NCBI GenBank assembly: GCA_950097015.1
Contig: CATNEN010000008.1
Coordinates: 2,542,001 to 2,606,000, forward strand
DNA: 64,000 nt
Source: Macrostomum hystrix
Taxonomy: Eukaryota; Animalia; Platyhelminthes
Direction of reading: 5' to 3'
Shown: positions 51,101 to 63,860 of the stretch, one piece after another
Layout of the letters: each line of letters starts with the position of its first letter
Numbering within the stretch: the stretch's first letter is position 1
The notes under the pieces: model-generated
What the model saw: only the letters and a program-made list of their open reading frames with translations
The model's database searches: none
What the model was told of the DNA's origin: nothing
Translations under genes and position numbers: made by a program

Positions 51101-52863
51101 GACTAGCAATCCATTCTGTTCCTTCACCCAAGGGATAGACTAGCAATCCATTCTGTTCCTTCACCCATGGGATAGACTAGCAATCCATTCTGTTCCTTCA
51201 CCCAAGGGATAGACTAGCAATCCATTCTGTTCCTTCACCCATGGGATAGACTAGCAATTCATTCTGTTCCTTCACTGATGGGATAGACTAGCAATCCATT
51301 CTGTTCCTTCACCCATGGGATAGACTAGCAATCCATTCTGTTCCTTCACCCATGGGATAGACTAGCAATCCATTCTGTTCCTTCAGCCAAGAGATAGACT
51401 AGCAATCCATTCTGTTCCTTCACCCATGGGATAGATTAGCAATCCCTCCCATTCAGCATCCCAGCCGCTCACCTCCATGGCGGAAGCCTGGTCGTTGCCA
51501 AAAGCGAAGCGGGGCAGCGGCCGACAGCGCCAGTGGCAGCGCAGCAGAAGGCTGGCGTCTTCAGTCAGCGGCGCAGTAGCCGCAGCCGCCGCAGTCACCG
51601 CCGGCAGGTTGTCCGTCCGAATCGCCGACGCCAGATTGAGGTCGACCTCCCAGGCTGCGGCGAATTCGTCAACGGCGGCCAGGGTCAGCTGGGTGGCGGG
51701 CAGGCAACCGGCGGTCTCGGCGGCCAGTCGGTCGGCCAGCGGGCCGGCCAGGCGCAGCAGCAGCTGCTGGGCGCCGCTGGACGCAGCCGGCAGGTCCCAC
51801 AGCAGCCAGCCGGGTCGGCGGCACTTTTTAGGCGGCTGCGACTGACGGAGCTGCTGAAGCCGCCGATGCCGGCTGAGCAGGCGAAGGCCGCGCTGAGGCG
51901 GCGGCGGCGGGGGCGGAGGCGGAGGCGGTGGCGGCGGCGGCGGTGTCAGCGGAGGTGGCGGTGTTGGTAGCGCCTGTGGCGGCGGCTGCTGAGGCGGAGG
52001 CAGTGCCAGCTTGTCAGCCCGCCTGTAGCAGCTCCGCTTGATGCGAATAGTTTCAAAGTCACGCCGACCTTCAGCCAGGTAAGTCAACAGCTGCTGGTCG
52101 CTAATGTCGGCTACGGTGTTTGCCGTCTCGTCCCTCAGCGGAATCGACTTGACGCTGTCGTTGACTGCACCAGGGCTGTCGCCTACGCCGCCGCCGCCGC
52201 GTTTCGAGCGTCGACCGAGCTTGGAGCGGCGCCGGCCCATGTTGACAGCGCAGCACTTTTTCAGCCGGCACCACTGGCAGGCGTTGCGCGTGGCCGGCGA
52301 CATCGCCAGCGGCGACATCGAATGGCCGCAGGGCACGCCGGCGAAACCGGAGACAACGACGCGACGGAAGAAGCCCTGGAGAGACGGGTGAGTGGCTTCT
52401 ATAGACAAATTTAGTCCAGTAAGATTGGCCAATTAGCCAGATTACCTGTCAGGAACAATTACCCCATAAATACAATTATCCCATAAATACAATTATCCCA
52501 TAGATACAATTATCCCATAAAAAAAATTATCCCATAAATAAAATTATCCCATAAATACAATTATCCCACAACTACAATTATCCTAAAACTACAATTTTTT
52601 TAACACTACAATCCTTTTATTAGTACAATTCTGAATAACTACAATAGTTCATAGTTATATTGATTATCTTATCAGTACAATTATCCCAAGACAGCAATTC
52701 TCATATCAGTACAGAACCACCCTAGCAACCACAGACCACCCGCCTACCTTGCAGCCCTCGCAGGCGGGCACACCGTAGTGCACCCCACTGGCCGTATCGC
52801 AGCAAACGGCGCATATTTCTGCAGCCTTAAAGTTGCCAAGGCCTAGCTTGAAATAGAGCGGAG

Positions 52864-52900
<37 letters not shown>

Positions 52901-53070
52901 TAGCGGCGGCACAGGGGACGTTGGCTCGGATGAGATCATGCTGTTTTCATCGGGCAAGTCTAGAATAGCCAACAGCTCGCTAGCTCCACTTTCATTGCTG
53001 TTGCAACCGCCGTCGCCGCCTGTAGCGCAGTTCGCCCTGCAGACAGCCACTGCCGCGGGATGAGTGTCAG
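48157..53070 (-). CDS. Nuclear hormone receptor, NR1-like (P-box CEGCKG), divergent LBD; 5' and 3' ends not resolved
   Basis: Exons 53070-52748 (CAVCCDTASGVHYGVPACEGCK), 52375-51473 (GFFRR...RNACQWCRLKKC..KLGRRSK plus a Pro-rich hinge), 49525-49212 (H3-H5-like), 48551-48409 (ELAFMSALCLTSP, H8-like) and 48336-48157/48170, with compatible phases. Confidence 0.85.
48690..49190. repeat. Tandem repeat with a compound unit of about 120 bp in a nuclear receptor intron
   Basis: TTTATCTACACTC...CAGCCAATGAGCG...TATCGATAAA repeated several times. Confidence 0.85.
50101..51444. repeat. Minisatellite, 37-bp unit GGGATAGACTAGCAATCCATTCTGTTCCTTCACCCAW (array 1)
   Basis: About 36 copies. Confidence 0.98.
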
Positions 53071-53774
53071 CTGGTTGGAAAGGAATGCACGATTGATAAA
53101 AATAACTTGAACGCCAGTTTTTTTCGCAATCAAATCACTGCTGTGTGGATCTAACTGTGATCTGGTCCTAAAAGAACATTTGATGTAACTCGCTTTGAGA
53201 TAAGAGGATTAGGACTTACTGGTTGGGATTTTTGGAGGGCGGAACTCCCAGTCAATATGATGAAGCCAAGGCCGCCGCGGGGGTACATGTGAATGCTAAA
53301 TCGGGACTGGTTAATAGTGCACGGCACCGGGGTGGGGAGAGGAAGGAGACAGTGCAGTGCCTAAGAGGACGCGATAAACTAGTTTGAACCAACCGCCCCG
53401 CGAAAACACACACAGCCCGCTAAGGGAAGAAAGAGAGATAGGGAGAAACGGCGGAGGGCAGGAGGAGAAATGGGCTGGGGATGGGATCAGAGAGTGAGGC
53501 AGAGGAGGGTGCAACTGGGGGGAGCTTCATTGCCATGGAGAGTGCATGACAGCCCACGCCATCAGCATCAAGAGAATCAAGAGACGCTGAAAGCATGTTT
53601 GAGCATTAAATAACTTTCTGCCAAGCCGGGCAAAAGTCAAAAGTTTCTATTTTGTTAATTGCTTGCTAAAAAGCTCCTCGGCGGTTGCTATGGCAACGTT
53701 TGAATGGACTCAAAGTGCAAAAGTCTTCGGTCAGAAAACTATACGCAGTACTGACAACTGAGAGCTCACCCAGT

Positions 53775-53860
53775 TTTTAGGCTTTCCGGATTCGAGCCAG
53801 GGACCACACAGATAAAGTCAGTCCGAAGTCGCCAAGTCGCTCCAGCCAATGCGATTGGGA
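53775..53860 (-). mobile_element. tRNA-like SINE head or tRNA pseudogene
   Basis: Minus strand TGGCTGGAGCG ... GGCTCGAATCC, resembling A and B boxes; no clear cloverleaf. Confidence 0.35.
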
Positions 53861-54583
53861 ATTAACGGATTATCGCGAAAAAACGAATCACTTAAAAACT
53901 GCAAAGTTGCCGTGGTGGGGAGCGAAGGCGCGCAGACAAGGGGTTAAAAAATCCCAAAATATAGAGCTAGCGAGCCAGGAGCACAGCAATTGACGGAGGA
54001 GGAGTTGGAGACGGCTGGGGTGGGGGAGATTTTTCCCAGCCCAACCCCAGAGCCATCCAGGACCAACCAGGAAAATGCGGTCCGGGCAGGTCTGCACTAG
54101 GAACCAGTTGGCACCGGACAGAACCGAAACCGGATTCCCCAGAGCCCGCTAGCAGCCCGATTCTCCCCTTTGCCCTCCTTTGCCCCCACTAGCCTTTATA
54201 ATACTTTCGTATTACTGGAAGCCTAGTTTTTTCTAGTTTTTCACCCACCCCCACCGTTCTCAGTCAAATCAAACTCAGCCGAGTGCTTGCACTCCTACTA
54301 ATTCCTATCCCACTGCTCGTTGAGCACACCTACCTTCTTTTTGGAGCCGATAATATTATTGACTGAACACAGCTTTGGGTACAACATATTTTAACTGTCA
54401 GGGAGCTCGTATTGCTGAATTGTACACAGAGGCAACTTCTATGCAGCTGAAACTAGCAGTTAGGAAATTACTATTCAGTAGCGAAAGCTCATAACAGCTC
54501 ATAATAGCCCATAACAGCCAAACCTCCCATAACAGTTTGGCATCCTTGAAACACGGCGTGATTTAAACCGACAGATTGAGTAA

Positions 54584-56136
54584 CCATGGGATAGACTAGC
54601 AATCCATTCTGTTCCTTCAGCCAAGAGATAGACTAGCAATCCATTCTGTTCCTTCACCCAAGGGATAGACTAGCAATCCATTCTGTTTCTTCACCCAAGG
54701 GATAGACTAGCAATCCATTCTGTTCCTTCAGCCAAGAGATAGACTAGCAATCCATTCTGTTCCTTCACCCATGGGATAGACTAGCAATCCATTCTGTTCC
54801 TTCACCCATGGGATAGACTAGCAATCCATTCTGTTCCTTCACCCATGGGATAGACTAGCAATCCATTCTGTTCCTTCAGCCAAGAGATAGACTAGCAATC
54901 CATTCTGTTCCTTCACCCATGGGATAGACTAGCAATCCATTCTGTTCCTTCACTGATGGGATAGACTAGCAATCCATTCTGTTCCTTCACCCATGGGATA
55001 GACTAGCAATCCATTCTGTTCCTTCACCCAAGGGATAGACTAGCAATCCATTCTGTTCCTTCACCCATGGGATAGACTAGCAATCCATTCTGTTCCTTCA
55101 CCCAAGGGATAGACTAGCAATCCATTCTGTTCCTTCAGCCATGGGGTAGACTAGCAATCCATTCTGTTCCTTCACCCAAGGGGTAGACTAGCAATCCATT
55201 CTGTTCCTTCACCCAAGGGGTAGACTAGCAATCCATTCTGTTCCTTCAGCCATGGGGTAGACTAGCAATCCATTCTGTTCCTTCACCCAAGGGGTAGACT
55301 AGCAATCCATTCTGTTCCTTCACCCAAGGGGTAGACTAGCAATCCATTCTGTTCCTTCAGCCATGGGATAGACTAGCAATCCATTCTGTTCCTTCAGCCA
55401 TGGGATAGACTAGCAATCCATTCTGTTCCTTCACCCATGGGATAGACTAGCAATCCATTCTGTTCCTTTAGCCATGGGATAGATTAGCAATCCATTCTGT
55501 TCCTTCACTGATGGGATAGACTAGCAATCCATTCTGTTCCTTCACCCATGGGATAGACTAGCAATCCATTCTGTTCCTTCACCCATGGGATAGACTAGCA
55601 ATTCATTCTGTTCCTTCACTGATGGGATAGACTAGCAATCCATTCTGTTCCTTCACCCATGGGATAGACTAGCAATCCATTCTGTTCCTTCACCCATGGG
55701 ATAGACTAGCAATCCATTCTGTTTCTTGACCCATGGGATAGACTAGCAATCCATTCTGTTTCTTGACCCATGGGATAGACTAGCAATCCATTCTGTTTCT
55801 TGACCCATGGGATAGACTAGCAATCCATTCTGTTCCTTCACCCATGGGATAGACTAGCAATCCATTCTGTTCCTTCACCCATGGGATAGACTAGCAATCC
55901 ATTCTGTTCCTTCACCCAAGGGATAGACTAGCAATCCATTCTGTTCCTTCACCCATGGGATAGACTAGCAATCCATTCTGTTCCTTCACCCATGGGATAG
56001 ACTAGCAATTCATTCTGTTCCTTCACTGATGGGATAGACTAGCAATCCATTCTGTTCCTTCACCCATGGGATAGACTAGCAATCCATTCTGTTCCTTGAC
56101 CCATGGGATAGACTAGCAATCCATTCTGTTTCTTGC
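54584..56136. repeat. Same 37-bp minisatellite (array 2)
   Basis: About 42 copies, same orientation and shared variant units as array 1. Confidence 0.98.
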
Positions 56137-56589
56137 CCAACATTCAGCGCACAATGCAGCGTGCTGAGTGTGAATTAGGAAATTGGGAAAAATGAAAATC
56201 TAATATAACGGAAAGCAGTAGGTTTCAAAATTGCGGAACACAGGCGATAAGGAGAAAAATATGTGAAACCAATCAAGTGCGAAATCCCAAGAATGAGGAA
56301 ATTGACTGCATTTTATGAGCAGGCGCAGGAAAAGGTGCAGCGACAGAGCGCACGCTGAAAGTGAGTTACAAGCAATGGAAATCGACTAAAAAAGAAATGC
56401 GTGAAGATTGAAGAACAGAAAGGAAAAAATCGGACCCCATTCCTGCCATTTGGGTGACTGGTCGGTTACTGCTTAACATATGCTTCCTTTTCAGCAAACA
56501 AACTTTGACTGGGCCGAGAGAAAATTTCAAAACCTGGAAAAAACTTTTTGTTAAAAAAAATACTTCGCAAAGAGTTTACCGATCAAAAT

Positions 56590-56700
56590 CAACAGACAGA
56601 CAGGCGGACAGACAGACAGGCGGACAGACAGACAGACAGGCGGACAGACAGACATACAGACAGACAGACAGAGGGCCAGACAGATAGACAGACAGACATA
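56590..56700. repeat. (GACA)n microsatellite
   Basis: Imperfect tetranucleotide run. Confidence 0.9.
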
Positions 56701-57449
56701 GCACAATGATTTGAACTAACGCAGAATGAGTTGCTGAACAGCAGTAATTAGCTGTTGAGCATGCAAAGCTGAATAAAATTAGCAGAGCTACTGCTCATTC
56801 GCCATGTTTATTGTTTCATTTTGAAAAAAAACAGATTAACAATTTGTGCTTGCAGCAAGCGAAAACACCAATAGAGCGATTAAAAACCGTCGAAAACTTG
56901 ACTGCGATGAAATTTCAAGCCTATCCAATCAATTGGATGCAATATAGGCCCCTAAAAAACTAGGCAGCTAAAAATGAAACTGACTAAGACATGCGGAGGG
57001 CACTTTGAAAGCATTAATAATGAGCCTAAGCGTAGGTGGAAATAGTGCAAATAGTGCAAAGGGGAGGAATATAGGGAGGGGAGAGGAAGAGGAGAGGGGA
57101 ATGAGACTGAAGCAAATCAAACAAAGACTGGTGGTACACTCCTATATTTTCCCTGCATCGAAAAATTGCCGTATCTTGTATATCTAATCTTTTAATCTGT
57201 CAATAAGTCGGGGACTCAGAAAACATCCAGTGCAGATATGAAAAACAAATACTGAATATTGTAAAAACGGCAGAAAAAAACTAAAAGCTAGTTTTGTTCA
57301 CTAGATAGATAAAAAACTAGAGTAAACAGAAAAACTAAGGACCTTAGAACAGGTCGGCAACACTTTCACTAACAAAACAACTTGGTCTCAAATCCCACTC
57401 CCAATGGGAATAATTTGGAACTCTAGTGCATTCAAATCCCACTCCCTAT

Positions 57450-57740
57450 AGGAATAAGTGGGAAATCCAGTGAGCTCAAACCCCAGTGGGAGGTATTGAG
57501 AACTCCAGTGAGCTCAAATCCCAATGAGAAGTATTGAGAACTCCAGTGAGCTCAAATCCCAATGAGAAGTATTGAGAACTCCCAGTGTGCTCAAATCCCA
57601 GTGGGAGGTATTGAGAACTCCAGTGAGCTCAAATCCCAGTGGGAGATATTGAGAACTCCAGTGAGCTCAAATCCCAATGGGAGGTATTGAGAACTCCAGT
57701 GAGCTCAAATCCCAATGGGAGGTATTGAGAACTCCAGTGA
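57450..57740. repeat. Minisatellite, 38-bp unit GAACTCCAGTGAGCTCAAATCCCARTGGGAGGTATTGA
   Basis: About 7 copies. Confidence 0.9.
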
Positions 57741-58159
57741 CCAGTGTAATAATGTGTAAAAGAAGCAAAACTATTAGAACTGAGGAATCAAGAACACAAA
57801 GACCACCAGGACATATTTGATAAAAGACAGAAAGTCAACTATCTGTCGACACACCAAGCAACAAAATAGTGGTTTGTACTTTTTCGCTGAAAAAAATAAT
57901 GTAAAAAACCCTGCACTTATAATATTGACTATAAAAAATACGACTGCCGTAATAAATGTCGATTAGCTAAAAAATGATCACAAAGGTCATTATAAAATTA
58001 AAAAAGAGCAGAATTCTCGAAAGAAAAGCGAAACACACAAGCTTACTTTCAAACTAACGGCACAAAGAATGGGATACGAATCTCCGTTTTAAAAGTAAGG
58101 TCTTAAGCCAGCTCTAATTCCAAGATGAAAAAAATTATTACTTTGAGTCGGCTTCAACC

Positions 58160-58670
58160 TTAAATCCAATTATGGAAGGATTTGGTCTAAAATCTACCCA
58201 AATCCCATTATGGGAAGGATTTGGTCTACAACCTACCCAAATCCCATTATGGGAAGGATTTGGTCTACAGTCTACCCAAATCCCATTATGGGAAGGATTT
58301 GGTCTACAATCTACCCAAATCCCATTTTTGGAAGGATTTGGTCTACAATCTACCCAAATCCCATTATGGGAAGGATTTGGTCTACAATCTACCCAAATCC
58401 CATTATGGGAAGGATTTGGTCTACAACCTACCCAAATCCCATTATGGGAAGGATTTGGTCTACAGTCTACCCAAATCCCATTATGGGAAGGATTTGGTCT
58501 ACAGTCTACCCAAATCCCATTATGGGAAGGATTTGGTCTACAATCTACCCAAATCCCATTTTTGGAAGGATTTGGTCTACAATCTACCCAAATCCCATTA
58601 TGGGAAGGATTCGGTCTACAGTCTACCCAAATCCCATTATGGGAAGGATTCGGTCTACAACCGATTGAAA
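58160..58670. repeat. Minisatellite, 39-bp unit CCCATTATGGGAAGGATTTGGTCTACARTCTACCCAAAT
   Basis: 13 copies. Confidence 0.95.
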
Positions 58671-59564
58671 TCCCCAGCTAAGCAAACATTCTCCTCAAAA
58701 CCCATTTTGGGAAGAACAAAGTCAACGGAAAGCTCGAATCCCAAAACGGGAAAGCGTCATCAGCAGTCCGTCTCTCGCACAGGCATAGCCAGTGCCAAAG
58801 TCTGTTGGATTACTCGGTCCTCCCGGCGTCGAAGCGGCCTTTTGGATTCGAAAAACGGCGCCGTCGCATTAAATCACCTGGATAGGGAAAACAGGTCATT
58901 TTATGCATCAGATTCACATTCCCAAAGTATGCTAGACCCTAAGCATTACTAAAAAACATTTCTAAGAAATTACGTTACCTAGAAATTACATTTCCTAGAA
59001 ACTTTTAAATTATACCTGCCCCAATTGGTCCAGATGTGCAGCCGACAGCACACACATCAGCTATTGCGTGACGCATCTGAAGGCTTCATAAAGCTGTTCA
59101 GTCCATGGACTGGGGGGCGCCACACCCACCCTAGGAAATTACGTTTCCTAAAAGTTTACAGGAGCAATGGACGCCCTTTATCAGCGTACAGATGGGTAGA
59201 GTGGAGGAAGTGGGCGATGAAACTATTAATGAGGCGAAAAAATTGCTCAGCAAAAAATGTAATGCGGAAAAATCCGGTTACGCGGCAAGGCCTCCCTTAA
59301 ACAAAACGCGTTAATTATGCAACACAAGGGGTACATTTAAGGTAAGAAAAACGTGACAGAGCAGGGATAAATATATATCTAGTCTGGGTTGCCACCCGGG
59401 TGAGGGAGAAAAGCGGGAGACGGAAAACAGGAGCAGTCAAGCAGGTAAAATGGAAAGAAAGAGAATGGGAAAATCAACCGGGTGGAAATGGCAAACAGCG
59501 CAACAAAGGTTAAGGTTGCAGAGCTGAACTGGGAAGCATTGAAACTCAACTCGTACAGATCCTC

Positions 59565-60226
59565 CCTGTACTGACCCATCCTCTGTTGACGCCTTCCCTC
59601 CCCTACTGACCCATCCTTCCACTATTGACTTATCCTTCCTGTACTGACCCATCCTCCCTGTACTGACACATCCTTCCACTACTGACCCATCCTTCCTGTA
59701 CTGACCCATCCTCCCTGTACTGACCCATCCTCCCTGTACTGACACATCCTTCCTGTACTGACCCATCCTTCCTGTACTGACACATCCTTCCACTACTGAC
59801 ACATCCTTCCTGTACTGACCCATCCTTCCTGCACTGACACATCCTTCCTGTACTGACCCATCCTCCCTGTACTGACGCATCCTTCCTGTACTGACCCATC
59901 CTCCCTGTACTGACACATCCTTCCTGTACTGACCCATCCTTCCTGTACTGACACATCCTTCCACTACTGACACATCCTTCCTGTACTGACCCATCCTTCC
60001 TGCACTGACACATCCTTCCTGTACTGACCCATCTTTCCTGTACTGACCCATCCTTCCACTACTGACCCATCCTTCCACTACTGACCCATCCTTCCACTAC
60101 TGACCCATCCTTCCAATACTGACCCATCCTTCCTGCACTGACCCATCCTTCCTGTACTGACCCATCCTTCCTGCACTGACCCATCCTTCCTGTACTGACC
60201 CATCCTTCCTGTACTGACCCATCCTC
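59565..60226. repeat. Minisatellite, 19-20-bp unit TACTGACCCATCCTTCCTG
   Basis: About 33 copies. Confidence 0.94.
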
Positions 60227-60634
60227 AATGTGACAGATATTCCGCATTAGAATGCGAGCAGGTACGCCTAAGTGCTACAGTCTATTTTCTTCTGACTGTA
60301 GAAGAAAGTCTAAAATGTATTCATGCTAATTCAAGCTCAGCAGTACTAAAATGCAAATATGTACTAATGTTTTAGTTTCTACGCAGGACAAGTCTCACTT
60401 GCAAAGTACTTCTGCCACTGCACCTGAGACATAACCAAATATAAAATACATTATAGACGGAAACTAAAACAGATAGGAAACAAAATCGATTTGAGAATAG
60501 GAGAAATATAAGCATGTTTGCTGAAGCAGTTCTGCTTTTAAAATTAAGGCGTTTGTTTTTTAAGACTGCCGACCTTTTAGTTCTAATTTATTGACAGTAA
60601 GGACAAGCATGGAACTCAAGCAGCAATGAAACAG

Positions 60635-61100
60635 TTGTCTTGACTAGATAATGTGATGCTTTGGGAATGTCTTGACTAGATGATCTGATGCTTAGGGAAT
60701 GTCTTGACTAGATGATCTGATGCTTAGGGAATGTCTTGACTAGATAATCTGATGCTTAGGGAATGTCTTGACTAGATGATCTGATGCTTAGGGAATGTCT
60801 TGACTAGATAATCTGATGCTTAGGGAATGTCTTGACTAGATGATCTGATGCTTAGGGAATGTCTTGACTAGATGATCTGATGCTTAGGGAATGTCTTGAC
60901 TAGATGATCTGATGCTTAGGGAATGTCTTGACTAGATGATCTGATGCTTAGGGAATGTCTTGACTAGATGATCTGATGCTTAGGGAATGTCTTGACTAGA
61001 TGATCTGATGCTTAGGGAATGTCTTGACTAGATAATCTGATGCTTAGGGAATGTCTTGACTAGATGATCTGATGCTTTGGGAATGTCTTGACTTTAGGGA
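60635..61100. repeat. Minisatellite, 32-bp unit GGGAATGTCTTGACTAGATGATCTGATGCTTA
   Basis: About 14 copies. Confidence 0.96.
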
Positions 61101-61589
61101 ATGTAATTTCTATATCTAGCGAATTATATATTAGAAAATATGATATTTAATAAATGGAGAATGAGGTTTGTAAAACAATACAAAAAATTAATAAAATCAC
61201 AATAGTTTCTTACATGCAAATTCAGCTCATGCGTATAACTGAAGGATCAATGATGGCTGGCATTTTGCACCTTTCAATCCAACCGCTGTTGCATCGCGAT
61301 GATTACAACGGATCAAGGATGCCGGGTTGAACGCCATGCCAAATCAGACAGGGGAAGCTGGATCAAGCGGATAACGCCAACTATATTGTGGCGAACTATA
61401 GATACGAATGAACGAATGCAACGAATAGAAGACATGCTGAAGACAATGTCAGAGAAAGACATCTAATGCAGGATCGAAAAAACACCAAGAAGCCAATCAG
61501 TATAGTGCAACAACATGCTGAATGCTGAATACTGAATATATATTAAGGAGGTATGCAAAAATATTCACCTCTCTACCGACCGTTCAAAC

Positions 61590-61790
61590 TCACTCTCCCA
61601 CTCTCACTCTCAACTCACTCTCCCACTGTCTACTCACTCTCCCACTGTCTACTCACTCTCCCCTGTCTACTCACTCTCCCACTGTCTACTCACTCTCCCC
61701 TGTCTACTCACTCTTCCACTGTCTACTTACTCTCCCTGCTATCTAATCACTGTCCCTGTCTACTCACTCTCCATCACCTACTCTCTCCCC
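61590..61790. repeat. Minisatellite, about 20-bp unit TCTACTCACTCTCCCACTG
   Basis: About 9 degenerate copies. Confidence 0.85.
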
Positions 61791-61926
61791 CTACTCAATC
61801 TGGAGATGCACCCTGAACACTCTGAGCTCAGAAGCACAAAGGGCAATGAGGATGCGGGTGGGTGCGTCTAGAATCTAGGCACGCGAATCATGCCGCCAGC
61901 CTGGCAATGCAGAAACGATGTTGATA

Positions 61927-63389
61927 TCACGGCAGGAACACGGCAGGTCCGGGCAGCGGAGATGTACCGGAAACTCCGCCATGGCAGCCGTGCGACAGAG
62001 ATCGGTTGTAGCCGCTGCATCCGCCGCCGCCGCCTCCACTGGAGTGCCGATGCTGCTGATGATGGTGATGCGACGAAGACAGGGAGCCGCTTCCGCTGTG
62101 ATGACTATGGTGGTGATGGTATGGATGATGGCATGGCGGCGCGGTGACCAGGTCGAGTTCGTGCAGCAGGGTCTCGTGGCGGAAGGCTACCCGGATGCTG
62201 GGCAGATTGGTTTGACGAATGTCGTTGCCCGGAACGCCCTCGAGCTGGTAGCCGGGTCCCAGCCAGCGCTGCTTGACATCGTGCGGAAAGCCGGACATGA
62301 GCACCGAGTTCCGAGCTAGCTCGCACATGTCAGTGTTGCTGAGCTTCCAAACCTGGGCAGCGATGGAATACTCCTCCATTAGGGGCTCCTTGGTGAAGTG
62401 GAACATCAGCGGATCGTCGGTGCTCAGCGTGACGCTGAGGCCGCGGGCCAGAAAGTCGGGCAGTGGACTACGGCTGTATGGCAGGAATAGGCTATTGTTT
62501 GATAGCGGCGACATCGCAATTGGCACCTGGGCCAGGTAGTACAGGTACTGCAGCACCGGCGCCTAAATGATGAACGCAAAGGTGGAGATAAGATAAGATC
62601 TGGTCAGGGTTAAATCGAACAAACCTTAAATTATTTATTTGGATCAAAGCCAAAGTAATAAGAGGTGATTTGCTCACGTGAGCCGGGTCAGTTAAACACA
62701 CCACTCCAAAAAAGGCGATTTTTACACCTTAACGAGCTAGGTCAATTAAACCCACCTCCTCAAAATGATAACAGGGGATGGGATGTTCACACTTAAACAA
62801 GCCAGGTGAATAAAACCCACCTCCTCAAAATGATAAGAGGCGATGCTCACACCTGGCTTAGCCAGATCAATTAACCGCCCCCAAATACTTGAATCATACG
62901 AGTCAGGTCAATTAAACTCACTATCCAAACACTCACAGTTCCACCTCCCAAATTAAGAATCGATTTGCTCAGTTTTTCACACAATTTTCACAGTTGAATA
63001 TTTACCTATTGAAGAAGCACAATTTAAAACCACTCACCTTTCGGAGTAGCAGGCCGTGATTGATATTGTCAGCCAGCAGATAGGCCGTAGCCAGGTGATG
63101 CACAGGGCCAGCCTCACCGCAGTGCGGCCTCAGTGTGATTGGCTGCAGGCCGCGCTCCCTGCGAAGAGCATTCAGCGGCACCAGGTTGGCGTACATGTAG
63201 TACAGGTAGTAGGCGTAGGGCGGGTTCTTGTCAGCGTCTGTCCAGTCTGCTGGGTCAGGCGAGTCGCGGTCGAAGACTACCGGCTCCGGCTTGGATTCGT
63301 CATCGACAGAGTCGAGGCCAACGACAGACTGGAGGAAGGCGGCCAGACGCGGATGACCGGACGGATTGATGGTGGCTTCGAACAGGGGC
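61927..63389 (-). CDS. AMPD: AMP deaminase, last two exons; gene continues beyond the window end
   Basis: Exons 63389-63038 ([38 protein letters not shown]) and 62562-61927 ([31 protein letters not shown]-like [31 protein letters not shown]). Confidence 0.96.
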
Positions 63390-63459
63390 CTGAGGTGCAT
63401 GAAGGAGAAGGTAGCAATAGATTTGCATCTCGGTCCTAAGCTGCGAGTATCGTTCACAT

Positions 63460-63860
63460 TTCGGTTTCAGGCAGTGTACAGGACGGGTTCAAGGTTTCAG
63501 GCAGTGTACAGGACGGGTTCAAGGATTCAGGCAGTGTACAGGACGGGTTCAAGGATTCAGGCAGTGTACAGGACGGGTTCAAGGATTCAGGTATTGTACA
63601 GGACGGGTTCAAGGTTTCAGGTAGTGTACAGGACGGGTTCAAGGTTTTAGGTAGTGTACAGGACGGGTTTAAGGTTTCAGGTAGTGTTCAGGATGGGTTC
63701 AAGGTTTCAGGTAGTGTTCAGGATGGGTTCAAGGTTTCAGGTAGTGTTCAGGATGGGTTCAAGGTTTCAGGTAGTGTTCAGGATGGGTTCAAGGTTTCAG
63801 GTAGTGTTCAGGTCGGATTTTAGGATTCAGGTCATGTTTAGGACTGGTTTAAAGGTTAAG
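63460..63860. repeat. Minisatellite, 30-bp unit TTCAGGYAGTGTWCAGGAYGGGTTCAAGGW in an AMPD intron
   Basis: About 13 copies. Confidence 0.94.

Noticed and set aside
58221-58952. 243-aa ORF extending from the 39-bp array into unique sequence
   Set aside because: Two thirds is satellite and the remainder has no recognisable domain or splice signals.
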